Positions 18,604-27,773 of a stretch of 64,000 nucleotides of DNA are shown piece by piece. Under the pieces are notes generated by a model. It did not search any database. It worked only from the letters and a program-made list of their open reading frames with translations, and was not told where the DNA came from. The DNA comes from an uncultured delta proteobacterium. Its GTDB lineage: Bacteria > Desulfobacterota > Binatia > UBA9968. Numbering within the stretch: position 1 is the first letter of the stretch; each line of letters starts with the position of its first letter. A program made the position numbers and the translations under genes. The stretch spans positions 1-64,000 of the forward strand of contig CAWFJP010000013.1 of assembly GCA_963816145.1 (NCBI GenBank), read 5' to 3'.

Positions 18604-18909
18604 TCAATCGAGATCGATATCTTTCAGCGGCTTGGTGATCGGTTCGTCTTTGGCTTTTTTGAACAGTTCTTGAAACTTTGCCTCCAGAACTTTCGATTTG
18701 TTTTTCTCCGCCTCGGCCAACTGTTTGAATTTTTCATCGCGCCGGCCGGCTTCTTCCTTGACCATCCTGGCGGCATCTTTCAATTCCACCGCCATCTGCG
18801 GCCGCACCGGCAGCTTATGACCGAGCACCGCAGCAAGCACGGGATCGATGGTTAACGTCGCATCGCAGCAGGGACAGGTGACTTGGATCGTGGTGTTTTC
18901 GTTGGACAT
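18604..18909 (-). CDS. small hypothetical protein with CPCC motif and coiled-coil C-terminus
   Basis: AGGAG RBS; VTCPCCDATLTID; charged helical tail ending DIDLD. Confidence 0.75.
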   Translation of the reverse strand: MSNENTTIQVTCPCCDATLTIDPVLAAVLGHKLPVRPQMAVELKDAARMVKEEAGRRDEKFKQLAEAEKNKSKVLEAKFQELFKKAKDEPITKPLKDIDLD

Positions 18910-18931
18910 CTTAAACTCCTAGGCTTAAGGG

Positions 18932-19014
18932 ATGAGGCGCGAGGCGTGAGTCAATCGAAGATCAAATTGCTGCCGATTCTTAATCTTAATCGTGCCTCCA
19001 GCCTCGCGCCTCAT
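18932..19014. repeat. 14-bp perfect inverted repeat built from 7-mer units
   Basis: atgaggcgcgaggc (18932-18945) / gcctcgcgcctcat (19001-19014). Confidence 0.65.
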
Positions 19015-19021
19015 GCCTGCT

Positions 19022-19390
19022 TTATCCTCTCAATTCGATCTGTTCTCCGTCTGGGCCGGCGAAGACGACGCGGCGCCAACCGTTTTCCCGCGGTTCGCGG
19101 GCGGCGGTGTCGTGCGGCGCGCGCAAGAGTTTTACACCGTCGCGCTGCAACTGCTCCACGGCTTCATTTAAATTATCTGTCTCCAGGCAGAAGTGGAAAC
19201 CGGCCATGGCGCCATCGCTGTGGTGCGTCAGTTCGAGCACGGTATCGCCCAATTTCAAATAGCCAATCTGCAGGCCGCCACTGGCGGTCTGACGAAAGTA
19301 ATGTTTGAAGCCAAAGTGCCGTTCATAGAAAGCCACCGAGCGGTCAAGGTCGGCGACATGAATGGCGACATGGTCGATGCGCTTGAACAT
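19022..19390 (-). CDS. VOC/glyoxalase family protein
   Basis: IDHVAIHVADLDRSVAFY...FHFCL...GPDGEQIEL. Confidence 0.9.
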   Translation of the reverse strand: MFKRIDHVAIHVADLDRSVAFYERHFGFKHYFRQTASGGLQIGYLKLGDTVLELTHHSDGAMAGFHFCLETDNLNEAVEQLQRDGVKLLRAPHDTAAREPRENGWRRVVFAGPDGEQIELRG

Positions 19391-19506
19391 GGCTTTCTCC
19401 TCGGTTTAAAGCATAGGCTTTTCGTTGCGTTGAAAGCAAGGGTAATGCATCAATGTGAAATATTCCGCGCATGGCGCTACAATGTTGCTGGTTCGGAGTC
19501 GCACTT

Positions 19507-20193
19507 ATGCCGATATTTCGCCTTGTCGACGATCTTGTATTCCCGCCGCCGGATTATGCCGATCCCAGCGGCCTGCTGGCGGTGGGCGGCGATCTGTCCA
19601 GCGATCGGCTATTAGCCGCCTACCGCGTCGGCATTTTCCCCTGGTACTCCGACGACCAGCCGATCCTTTGGTGGTCGCCGGACCCGCGTCTGACGCTGGA
19701 TCTGAGCGATTTCAAACTATCGCGCAGCTTGGCTAAAACCATGCGCAAGGGCGTGTTCAAAGTCACGTTTGACCGGGTTTTCGACGAAGTGATCGCCGCC
19801 TGTGCCGCCGTACCGCGGGATGGCCAAAAGGGCACTTGGATCACGCCGGAGATGCAAGCGGCTTACATAGATCTGCATGGACTGGGCTACGCCCATTCCG
19901 TTGAAACTTGGTTCGAAGGCAGACTGGTTGGCGGCCTTTACGGCGTGTCCTTGGGCAAGGCGTTTTTCGGCGAGTCGATGTTTCATCATAAGACCGACGC
20001 CTCGAAAGTCGCGTTGGCGATTCTGGTGGAGAAACTAAAGGGCTGGGGTTTTCGCTTCATCGACTCGCAGATGACCACGGAACATATGCTGAGCCTGGGC
20101 GCGAAAGAGCTTTCGCGGCGAATCTTCCTTAAACAACTACAAGGCGCGCTGCGTTTTCCCACCAAGCGCGGCAAATGGCGCATCGACGACTGA
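19507..20193 (+). CDS. aat: leucyl/phenylalanyl-tRNA--protein transferase
   Basis: GLLAVGGDL, GIFPWY, LWWSPDPR, GTWIT, AHSVE, FFGESMF, DASKVAL. Confidence 0.96.
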   Translation: MPIFRLVDDLVFPPPDYADPSGLLAVGGDLSSDRLLAAYRVGIFPWYSDDQPILWWSPDPRLTLDLSDFKLSRSLAKTMRKGVFKVTFDRVFDEVIAACAAVPRDGQKGTWITPEMQAAYIDLHGLGYAHSVETWFEGRLVGGLYGVSLGKAFFGESMFHHKTDASKVALAILVEKLKGWGFRFIDSQMTTEHMLSLGAKELSRRIFLKQLQGALRFPTKRGKWRIDD

Positions 20194-20202
20194 TCTCCTT
20201 CC

Positions 20203-20737
20203 TCAACCCGCGGGCTTTTCCGCGGCATCAATCAAAGCGTCAAGAGATTTTTGTGTCGGGAACTCGATGGCGAGTAGGATCAAGCTCAATAGTGACAAGG
20301 CGATCTGATCGGCGACGAAGCGGCCGAGAAACGCCAAAACAAAACCATAGACGGCGATCGCTTCGATAATCGCGAAGATCACCACCTTGCGGGTCACATA
20401 GGTCGAGACGACGTAGGCGGCGTTTTGTTCGTCGACGCCGTTGAATTCTTCCAAGGCGCGGAACAGTTTGGTCTGGCGGGCGTCGCGCCGAATCCCCTCG
20501 GCGGTCAGATTTTTCCGGCGCCAATAAGCGTAGTACCCCAAGTCGACCAAAGTCAAAATCCAAAAAATCAGCCGTGACGGTTCGGCGATCGCCTGGTTGG
20601 TGCCGAGTTTGGGATTGCCGAGGAGCTGGCGCGCAATCACGAGATAGATCGGGATCGAGATCGCGAAGAAGCTCCAGAGTATGACCGCGGCGCCGCGTTG
20701 GTCGAGTAAGGATTTTTCTGAATTCGGGACGAATCAT
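20203..20737 (-). CDS. hypothetical membrane protein with a +1 frameshift near 20709
   Basis: GGAGGA RBS then MIRPEFRKI; after one extra base the frame continues LDQRGAAVILWSFFAISIPIYLVIARQ into ORF 20203..20640, with ~4 hydrophobic segments. Confidence 0.65.
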
Positions 20738-20820
20738 CGGTCCTCCTGCGCAGTTTCTATTAGCACATAGCGACCCGGTATGTCTCGTTGACTGGCAAAC
20801 TGGTTGGTGTTTAGTTTGAA

Positions 20821-20889
20821 AAGATCCCTCTCTTCGTTCGGGATGACGGCTGCTCAAGATTTGTCATTTCGAGCGATGCGAGAAATCTG
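20821..20889. repeat. pair of divergent REP-like palindromic units
   Basis: agatccctctcttcgttcgggatgac and gtcatttcgagcgatgcgagaaatct are inverted, degenerate copies of each other. Confidence 0.6.
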
Positions 20890-21019
20890 GGCGGTGCGTG
20901 ATCGCGGGACTCCTAACTTTACCGAACCACGACTACAAGCTATATTCGGCAGCCGTCACCTTGTTGTAGTCATGGCGCAGTGATATAGGCCGGCCTTAGG
21001 CGCGTATGAAGGAGATCCC

Positions 21020-22615
21020 ATGGCTGAGTTCGATATTGTAATTCATGGCGGCAGAGTCATCGACGGCACGGGCAACCCGTGGGTTTACGGCGATGTCGCG
21101 ATCAAAGATGGCAGGATCGCCAGTATCGGCAAGATTAGCCCCGACGCCGGCGTGCGGTCGATCTCGGCGAAGGGTTTGGTGGTTTCCCCTGGTTACATCG
21201 ACATGCATACCCATAGCGATCAGCCGCTGATCGCCGACGGTAATGCCGAGAGCAAAGTCCGTCAGGGTGTGACGTTGGACATCATCGGCGAAAGCCAAAC
21301 GGTGGCACCCCTGGAAGGCGCGATCCTCGAGGAATACCGCGTCGAGCATCGGAAACGGCATGGCATCGAGATCGATTGGAAAACCTTCACCGGTTATTTC
21401 GACAAGGTCATGAACGGCGGGATATCCATTAACGTCGCTTCCGGCGTGTCGCCGCAACAGGTCAAACGCGTTATCTGCGGCTTCGAAGAACGGCCGGCGA
21501 CTGCGGCCGAACAGGAAATGATGAATCGCCTGGTCGCCCAAGCGATGGAGGAAGGCGCCTTGGGTCTGACGGCTGCGTGGCATGCCAAGGGGCCGGAGAA
21601 TACCGAAGAGGTAGTTGAGATGGCCAAGGTCGCCAAGCGCTACGGCGGTTACTACGGCGTTCATGTCGGCAGCGAAGGTTACGACATGATGGAAGAGTTG
21701 GCGAAGATGCTACGAGTCGCGCGCGGCTCACAGATACCGGTCCATGTGTATCATTTGAAAATGCGCGCCAAAGCGAACTGGGGTAGGATACGCCAGGTGA
21801 TCGCCCAGCTGGAAGAAGCGCGGCGCGAAGGATTGGAGATTACGGCGAATCAATATCCCTATACTGCCATGCAACATCCCTGGCGCCGGCTGTTTCCCCG
21901 CTGGGTGCAGGACGGACCGGTGGGCGAGACGATTTCCCAGTTCAAGAGCCCGGCGTTTCGTGAGCGGGTCATGAACGATCCGGAGTTCAAGCAATATGTC
22001 GACGAGCATGGCGGCTGGGAGGGCATCGTTGCCGCGCGTCTGGACAGCGAGCCGTTAAAAAAATTCGAAGGTATGACCATCGCTGAGATCGCCAAGATCC
22101 GCGAGCAAGATCCGACCAGTGCCTGCTTCGATCTGATTTTCGAAGAGGGCGTTTTCATTCACGGCGTGCATCACACCATGAACGAAGACGATGTCAAAGC
22201 GGTCATGCGCGTGCCCTGGGTGTCGATCGGTTCGGACGGCAGCGCACTCAATCAAAAATTCCCCGGCAAGCCGCACCCGCGCAGTTTCGGCACCAATCCG
22301 CGCGTGTTGGGAAAGTACACGCGAGACGAAAATGTCCTGACGCTGGAAGACGCGGTGCGCAAAATGACTTCGTTGCCGGCACAAGTACTTGGCTTGAAGG
22401 ATCGCGGCCTTTTGCGCGAGGGGTTTTGGGGTGACGTGGTGTTGTTCGATCCCGACACCGTGACCGATACCGCGACCTACGACAACCCCAAACAGTATCC
22501 GAAGGGGATTCCCTACGTGCTAGTAAACGGTCAGGTTGTTATAGATAATGGCCACCATACTGGAGCGCGGCCGGGGCGGGTGGCGTATGGGCCAGGAAAG
22601 AAAATCGATAATTGA
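21020..22615 (+). CDS. N-acyl-D-amino-acid deacylase family amidohydrolase
   Basis: GRVIDGTG, PGYIDMHTHSD, IGSDG, PHPRSFGT, LEDAVRKMTSLPA. Confidence 0.9.
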   Translation: MAEFDIVIHGGRVIDGTGNPWVYGDVAIKDGRIASIGKISPDAGVRSISAKGLVVSPGYIDMHTHSDQPLIADGNAESKVRQGVTLDIIGESQTVAPLEGAILEEYRVEHRKRHGIEIDWKTFTGYFDKVMNGGISINVASGVSPQQVKRVICGFEERPATAAEQEMMNRLVAQAMEEGALGLTAAWHAKGPENTEEVVEMAKVAKRYGGYYGVHVGSEGYDMMEELAKMLRVARGSQIPVHVYHLKMRAKANWGRIRQVIAQLEEARREGLEITANQYPYTAMQHPWRRLFPRWVQDGPVGETISQFKSPAFRERVMNDPEFKQYVDEHGGWEGIVAARLDSEPLKKFEGMTIAEIAKIREQDPTSACFDLIFEEGVFIHGVHHTMNEDDVKAVMRVPWVSIGSDGSALNQKFPGKPHPRSFGTNPRVLGKYTRDENVLTLEDAVRKMTSLPAQVLGLKDRGLLREGFWGDVVLFDPDTVTDTATYDNPKQYPKGIPYVLVNGQVVIDNGHHTGARPGRVAYGPGKKIDN

Positions 22616-22637
22616 TAATGGAAAATTGGGAATTGGT
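22610..22637. repeat. 7-mer tandem repeat x4 (aatKgRN)
   Basis: aattgat aatggaa aattggg aattggt. Confidence 0.55.
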
Positions 22638-22660
22638 TAGGAGCAAATCTCGGAGGGACG

Positions 22661-24343
22661 ATGGATTACGATTTGTTGATTAAGAATGGTCGGGTTGTGG
22701 ATGGTTCCGGGCTGCCGTCGTATGTGGCGGATGTCGGAATTAAGGATGGAAAAATCGCCGCCATCGGCCGCCTGCATGGCAGCGCCGTGCGCACCATCGA
22801 TGCCGACGGCTTCGTCGTGTCGCCGGGGTTCATCGATCATCACACCCATATGGACGGGCAGATTCTTTGGGACCCCTTCGGCACTTGCGAGCCGCAGCAT
22901 GGCGTGACCTCGATCATCATGGGCAACTGCGGTTTGGCGCTGGCGCCGGTGAAAAACGGCGACGAAGACGCCATCGTCAAGAGCTTCGTCCGCGTTGAAG
23001 CGATTCCGCGAGTCGCGCTCGAGAAAGGCGTGCCCTGGGGTTGGAAGTCCTACGGCGACTACTTGAACAAACTCGAAGGCAATGTCGGCATCAACGTCGG
23101 CGGCATTGTCGGCCATATCGCCGTGCGCCAATTCGTCATGGGCGAAGAGTCGACGGAACGCAAAGCAACACCTGGTGAAGTCGAAAAAATGCGCCAGGCG
23201 GTGGGTGAAGCGATGGGCGCCGGCGCGTTCGGCCTGTCGACCAACCGCAACGAGCGCCATATGCGCGAAGACGGCCTGCCGGTGCCGAGCCGTTTGGCCG
23301 ACGATGACGAGCTGTTCGCCCTCTGCGAAGTGGTTAGCGCGTCCAATAGCGGCGTGATTCAGATGAATTTGGGGCGCCACTGCGTCGAGCAGATTCCGCA
23401 ATACGACGAGCTGGCTCGGCGCGTCGGCCGGCCGATCGTGTGGCAAAGCGTGCAGTATAAAGAAAGTGAGCCCGAGCTGTGGCAGAACATGCTAAGCGGC
23501 ATCGCCAAGACATTCGACGCCGGGTATCAAGCCTACGGCTTGACACACACCGTCCCGCTGATGCGTCACTTCAGCATGAAGGACGCGCAGATTTTTGACG
23601 AGTTCCCGGTGTGGAAGAATCTGATGTTTCTTCCCGAAACGGCGCGCAAACAGGCGTTCGCCGATCCGGCGACCCGACAAAAGATGCGCGACGATATGGC
23701 CGAGCCGCGGCCGGTTTCGTTTCACAAAAACTGGGGCCGGGTGTTTGTCGAGAAAACGGTCAAAGCGGAAAATCACCAGCTCGCCGGCAAAAGCGTTGCT
23801 GATGTGGCGGCGCTGCGCAAGCAAGACGCGCTCGATGCCTTCCTGGATTTGTCGCTTGAAGAAGACTTAGAAACCACCTTTGAAACCACCAATCGCGGTT
23901 TCAACCCCGAGGCGATGAGCACGATCATGAAAAGCCCCTACGTGGTCATCGGCACATCAGATGCCGGCGCGCATGTCCAGTTTGGCGCCGACTTCGGTTA
24001 CTGCACCACACTGCTCGGCATGTGGGTGCGCGACCGGCAGATGATTCCTTTGGAGCAGGCGATTCATAAGCTGACGTTTCATGTCGCGTCGATTTGGGGC
24101 ATCGAAGGGCGCGGACTCTTGCGTCCGGGATTCGCCGCCGATGTGACGGTCTTCGATCCCAAGACGATCAAAGCCTGCGCGCCGGAATGGGCCGAAGATT
24201 ATCCAGCGGCGACCAAGCGCTTGATTCAGCGCTCCGAAGGTGTGCATTACACGATCGTCAACGGCAAGGTGATTTACGACGAGGGCAAGTTGAGCGGCGA
24301 GATGGCGGGCAACGTGCTGCGCAGTGCGGCGCACCAAGGCTAA
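22661..24343 (+). CDS. N-acyl-D-amino-acid deacylase family amidohydrolase
   Basis: PGFIDHHTHMD, MGNCG, SDAGAH, RGLLRPGFAADVTVFD. Confidence 0.9.
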   Translation: MDYDLLIKNGRVVDGSGLPSYVADVGIKDGKIAAIGRLHGSAVRTIDADGFVVSPGFIDHHTHMDGQILWDPFGTCEPQHGVTSIIMGNCGLALAPVKNGDEDAIVKSFVRVEAIPRVALEKGVPWGWKSYGDYLNKLEGNVGINVGGIVGHIAVRQFVMGEESTERKATPGEVEKMRQAVGEAMGAGAFGLSTNRNERHMREDGLPVPSRLADDDELFALCEVVSASNSGVIQMNLGRHCVEQIPQYDELARRVGRPIVWQSVQYKESEPELWQNMLSGIAKTFDAGYQAYGLTHTVPLMRHFSMKDAQIFDEFPVWKNLMFLPETARKQAFADPATRQKMRDDMAEPRPVSFHKNWGRVFVEKTVKAENHQLAGKSVADVAALRKQDALDAFLDLSLEEDLETTFETTNRGFNPEAMSTIMKSPYVVIGTSDAGAHVQFGADFGYCTTLLGMWVRDRQMIPLEQAIHKLTFHVASIWGIEGRGLLRPGFAADVTVFDPKTIKACAPEWAEDYPAATKRLIQRSEGVHYTIVNGKVIYDEGKLSGEMAGNVLRSAAHQG

Positions 24344-24354
24344 GTTCGGAACAT

Positions 24355-24425
24355 TCACCACAGCGCACACAGAGATCACAGAGTGAGAATTCCAGTCGCA
24401 GGGGCGGGTTTGAAACCCGCCCTCT
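24355..24425. repeat. 9-mer repeat plus REP-like hairpin
   Basis: tcac-cacagcgca-cacagagat-cacagag followed by gcaggggcgggtttgaaacccgccctct. Confidence 0.65.
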
Positions 24426-24457
24426 TTTTGTCTGCACAATGATCGGTCCGGGAGTTA

Positions 24458-25414
24458 TTGGTGGCCGGAAGTAGTTTATTAGCGTTGATCGACGATATCG
24501 CATCGATCCTTGACGATGTTGCGGTGATGAGCAAAGTCGCCGCGAAAAAGACCGCCGGGGTACTGGGCGACGATCTGGCGCTCAATGCGCATCAGGTCGC
24601 GGGCGTACACACCGACCGCGAATTACCGGTGGTTTGGGCCGTGGCGAAAGGGTCGCTCAAGAACAAAGCGATTCTGGTGCCGGCGGCGCTGGCGATCAGC
24701 GCATTGATCCCTTGGGCGATTACCCCGCTGTTGATGATTGGTGGGGCCTATCTTTGCTACGAAGGCTTCGAAAAGATCGCCCACAAGTTTTTGCATTACT
24801 CGTCGGAAGAAGTCCATCACAAGGAACATTTGCAGGCGCTGGTCAACCCGGGCGTCGATATGGTCGCCATCGAGAAAACGAAAATCCAGGGCGCCGTCCG
24901 CACGGATTTTATCTTGTCCGCTGAGATCGTCGTGATCGCGCTGGGCACCGTAGCCAGCGCGGCGTTCGGTAAACAAGTCGCGGTGCTATGCGCCATCGCC
25001 GTCCTCATGACCGTCGGCGTTTATGGCATCGTTGCCGGCATCGTCAAACTCGACGACGCCGGGCTGCGCTTGAGCCGGCAGAACGGCAACAATCTGTGGC
25101 GCAGACTCCAGCGCGGCCTCGGCGAACTTCTGTTGAATTTAGCGCCTTACTTGATGAAGAGTTTATCGATTGTCGGCACCATCGCCATGTTCATGGTCGG
25201 CGGTAGCATTCTCACCCACGGTATTCCCGGTGTGCATAATTGGATTGAACATGTGGCTCATGGCGCGGCCGGGATTCCTGGCGTCGGTGGGATACTTGAA
25301 ACGGTTTTGCCGTTCCTGCTCGATATCATGATCGGAATTGTTGCCGGAATGCTGGTTTTGGCCGGTGTAGCTGTCGCGGGACGTATCTTTCGAACGATCA
25401 AAAGAGCCCGTTGA
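24458..25414 (+). CDS. yedI: DUF808 family inner membrane protein
   Basis: AGSSLLALIDDIASILDDV, KKTAGVLGDDLALNA, RELPVVWAVAKGS, RTDFILSAEI. Confidence 0.92.
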   Translation: MVAGSSLLALIDDIASILDDVAVMSKVAAKKTAGVLGDDLALNAHQVAGVHTDRELPVVWAVAKGSLKNKAILVPAALAISALIPWAITPLLMIGGAYLCYEGFEKIAHKFLHYSSEEVHHKEHLQALVNPGVDMVAIEKTKIQGAVRTDFILSAEIVVIALGTVASAAFGKQVAVLCAIAVLMTVGVYGIVAGIVKLDDAGLRLSRQNGNNLWRRLQRGLGELLLNLAPYLMKSLSIVGTIAMFMVGGSILTHGIPGVHNWIEHVAHGAAGIPGVGGILETVLPFLLDIMIGIVAGMLVLAGVAVAGRIFRTIKRAR

Positions 25415-25503
25415 CGCCGGTTCGGCTCAGGTTCCGATACGATAACCCTGTCAGAATCGCTATTCCCGTTTCGAGTATGCTTGAATTTCTTCCCGCCGAT
25501 CGT

Positions 25504-26574
25504 TTACCGGCCTAGGAAAATTTGGCTGAACTCTTTGCCGGTCTGGTCCATGATCGGGCCGATGAAATCGACGTCGACGAGAAACGATTCTTTCTCCACC
25601 AACTCGGGAAATCTTTGCTTGACGCCGTTACGCGCGATTACCCGGCCAAAGCTGGTGATGATCGATTGGCCTTCTTCCGACAGCGCCCAGTCATAGAACA
25701 GCGCGGCGGCGTGGGGGTGGGGCGCATGGCGCGCCAGCATGAGCTTATTGGCTTGGGCGTAGTAGGGGTCGAGAATCACCTGGTCGACCGGCGCGCCGCG
25801 TGCTTTCATGTCGAGCACGGTATGTCCCGACAGCACGATGGCGATGGGACGCTCGCCGGCGGCCAGGAGCTGGCTCTGGGCGGTGCGACCGCGCATGAAT
25901 CTTAGATCCTGTTTGGCCAGAGCTCGCATATATTGCAGTGCCTTGTCCCGGCCCATATGTTTTTGCAACACCGCGGACCACTCGTAGGCCTCGTCGTCGA
26001 GAAACATATTGCCTTTCCATCTGGGCTGGAGCAGCTCTTCGTAGGTCTTAGGCGCGTCCTGGCGCTTGACCAAGTTGGTGTTATAGCCGAGCACGATGGG
26101 GATGACGTAGAGTGAAGCGAAGTAACCGTCTTTGTCTCGATTCGGCGGATTGTAGAATTCGCGCTGCGGCGAGAAATATGGATCGACGGCGCCGATCTTC
26201 TTGATCGCCGAGGCCTGTTCGGCGGAACCGTTAGTGACATCGAAGAGATGATTGCCGCCGTTCATCTCGGTCTGGATCTTGATCACTTGGCGATTGCCGG
26301 AGACGCGGTAGGGATTTACTTTGATAAATGGATAGCGCTTTTGAAAGACGCGGATGAAGGGCTCGATCTGTTGTGCCTGGAGCGAGCTATAGAAAGAAAC
26401 TTCGCCTTCGGCTTTGGCCTTCTCGACAAGCTGTTTCTGTCGCTGCTCCGCCGGCAATTTATTCAATCGGGCGAGGATCTGCCCGGCAGTTTCCGGGGCC
26501 GCGCCGGGATAAACTGCTGGAGCTGCGCTGCTCAACACCACGATGGTGAACAAAACCGCAAAATAGCTTTTCAT
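25504..26574 (-). CDS. ABC substrate-binding protein, AfuA-like class
   Basis: AKAEGEVSFYSS, PRWKG, APHPHAAALFYDWALS. Confidence 0.85.
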   Translation of the reverse strand: MKSYFAVLFTIVVLSSAAPAVYPGAAPETAGQILARLNKLPAEQRQKQLVEKAKAEGEVSFYSSLQAQQIEPFIRVFQKRYPFIKVNPYRVSGNRQVIKIQTEMNGGNHLFDVTNGSAEQASAIKKIGAVDPYFSPQREFYNPPNRDKDGYFASLYVIPIVLGYNTNLVKRQDAPKTYEELLQPRWKGNMFLDDEAYEWSAVLQKHMGRDKALQYMRALAKQDLRFMRGRTAQSQLLAAGERPIAIVLSGHTVLDMKARGAPVDQVILDPYYAQANKLMLARHAPHPHAAALFYDWALSEEGQSIITSFGRVIARNGVKQRFPELVEKESFLVDVDFIGPIMDQTGKEFSQIFLGR

Positions 26575-26756
26575 GGCTGACCTTCCGATGGTTTTCCGGG
26601 CGCACCGATCGATCTCCGCGTCATCCTTATCCCAGCGCGCTGTGAATCTGTCAAGTGAGGATTATTATTGCGCTTTCATCGGGGGAATCATATTGACTCT
26701 AATTTACTGATTCGATAGCTTCACGGCGACTAGACGACGGTGATTTGGAGGCCGGC

Positions 26757-27608
26757 ATGGAGCAGTTGAAACCAGTCAAGAGCGGCAATGCCAAGGTTGA
26801 CGATGTCAATCTCTATTATGAGATTTACGGCCAGGGGGATCCCTTGGTGTTTGTCGCCGGCACAGGGATCAGCTGCGCGCCCTGGCGGGTGTCGCAGGTG
26901 CCGGAGTTCGCCAAGCATTATCAAGTGGTGATTTACGATCACCGCGGCCTTGGGCGCAGCGACAAGCCGGACATGCCCTATTCCACTGAATTGTTCGCCA
27001 AGGATTGCGCCGGTCTAATGGATGTCCTCGGCATCCAGCGGGCGCATATGTTGGGTCATTCCATGGGCGCGCGGGTGCTGCAGTGGTTTGCGCTCAAGTA
27101 TCCTGAAAGAGTGCGCAGCTTGGTTCTTTCCGGGCCGGGTTCGGGAAAATATGACGAATCGCTCGACTATCCGCGCGGTGTGCCGCTCGACGCGGCGCTG
27201 GAGATGATCGAAAAGGGCTACGAGAAATACCAAAGCGATCACTGGGGGCCGGGTTTCATGTTCAGCGAGCAGTTCATGAAAGAGCACCCGGATATCGTCA
27301 AGCAATATCAGGAGTTGATCGTCGACGAAGTACCGCCGCTGAAATGCTATCTGCGCCATGTGGTGGCGCGCCAATGCCATGAGACCACACACCTGATTCA
27401 CAACATCAAAGCGCCGACGTTAGTCATCGTCGGCAGCAAGGATACCCATGAAGGCGGCACCGGCGATCACGTGGCTTCTGCGCGAGTGCTGGCGGCGAAG
27501 ATTCCCGGCGCCGAATTGTATCTGGTCGACGGCGGACGCCATGGCTATCTGCGCGAGATGCCGGAGAAGGGCCATCCGCCGATCCTGGATTTTCTGCGTC
27601 GGCATTAA
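26757..27608 (+). CDS. alpha/beta fold hydrolase
   Basis: YDHRGLGRSDKP, nucleophile motif GHSMG, GSKD, GRHG. Confidence 0.9.
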   Translation: MEQLKPVKSGNAKVDDVNLYYEIYGQGDPLVFVAGTGISCAPWRVSQVPEFAKHYQVVIYDHRGLGRSDKPDMPYSTELFAKDCAGLMDVLGIQRAHMLGHSMGARVLQWFALKYPERVRSLVLSGPGSGKYDESLDYPRGVPLDAALEMIEKGYEKYQSDHWGPGFMFSEQFMKEHPDIVKQYQELIVDEVPPLKCYLRHVVARQCHETTHLIHNIKAPTLVIVGSKDTHEGGTGDHVASARVLAAKIPGAELYLVDGGRHGYLREMPEKGHPPILDFLRRH

Positions 27609-27616
27609 TTTCGGAA

Positions 27617-27727
27617 TTCACCACGAAGAACACGGAGAGCACGAAGGTAAGAAAAGTTAGCCGCAAAGAACGCAAAGGGCTCAAAAAAAGGAATCGCAGA
27701 TGTAGGGGCGACCGGCGGTCGCCCTCT
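27617..27727. repeat. 9-mer repeats plus GTAG-type REP hairpin
   Basis: cacgaagaa cacggagag cacgaag; cgcaaagaa cgcaaaggg ctcaaa; gtaggggcgaccggcggtcgccctct. Confidence 0.65.
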
Positions 27728-27773
27728 TTGTCGGTTGCCCAACGATCGACCGCACAATAACCACCAGGCTTCT

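Noticed and set aside
9755-20740. Programmed ribosomal frameshifting at the indel sites
   Set aside because: No slippery heptamer with downstream structure at these sites; error or decay is more parsimonious
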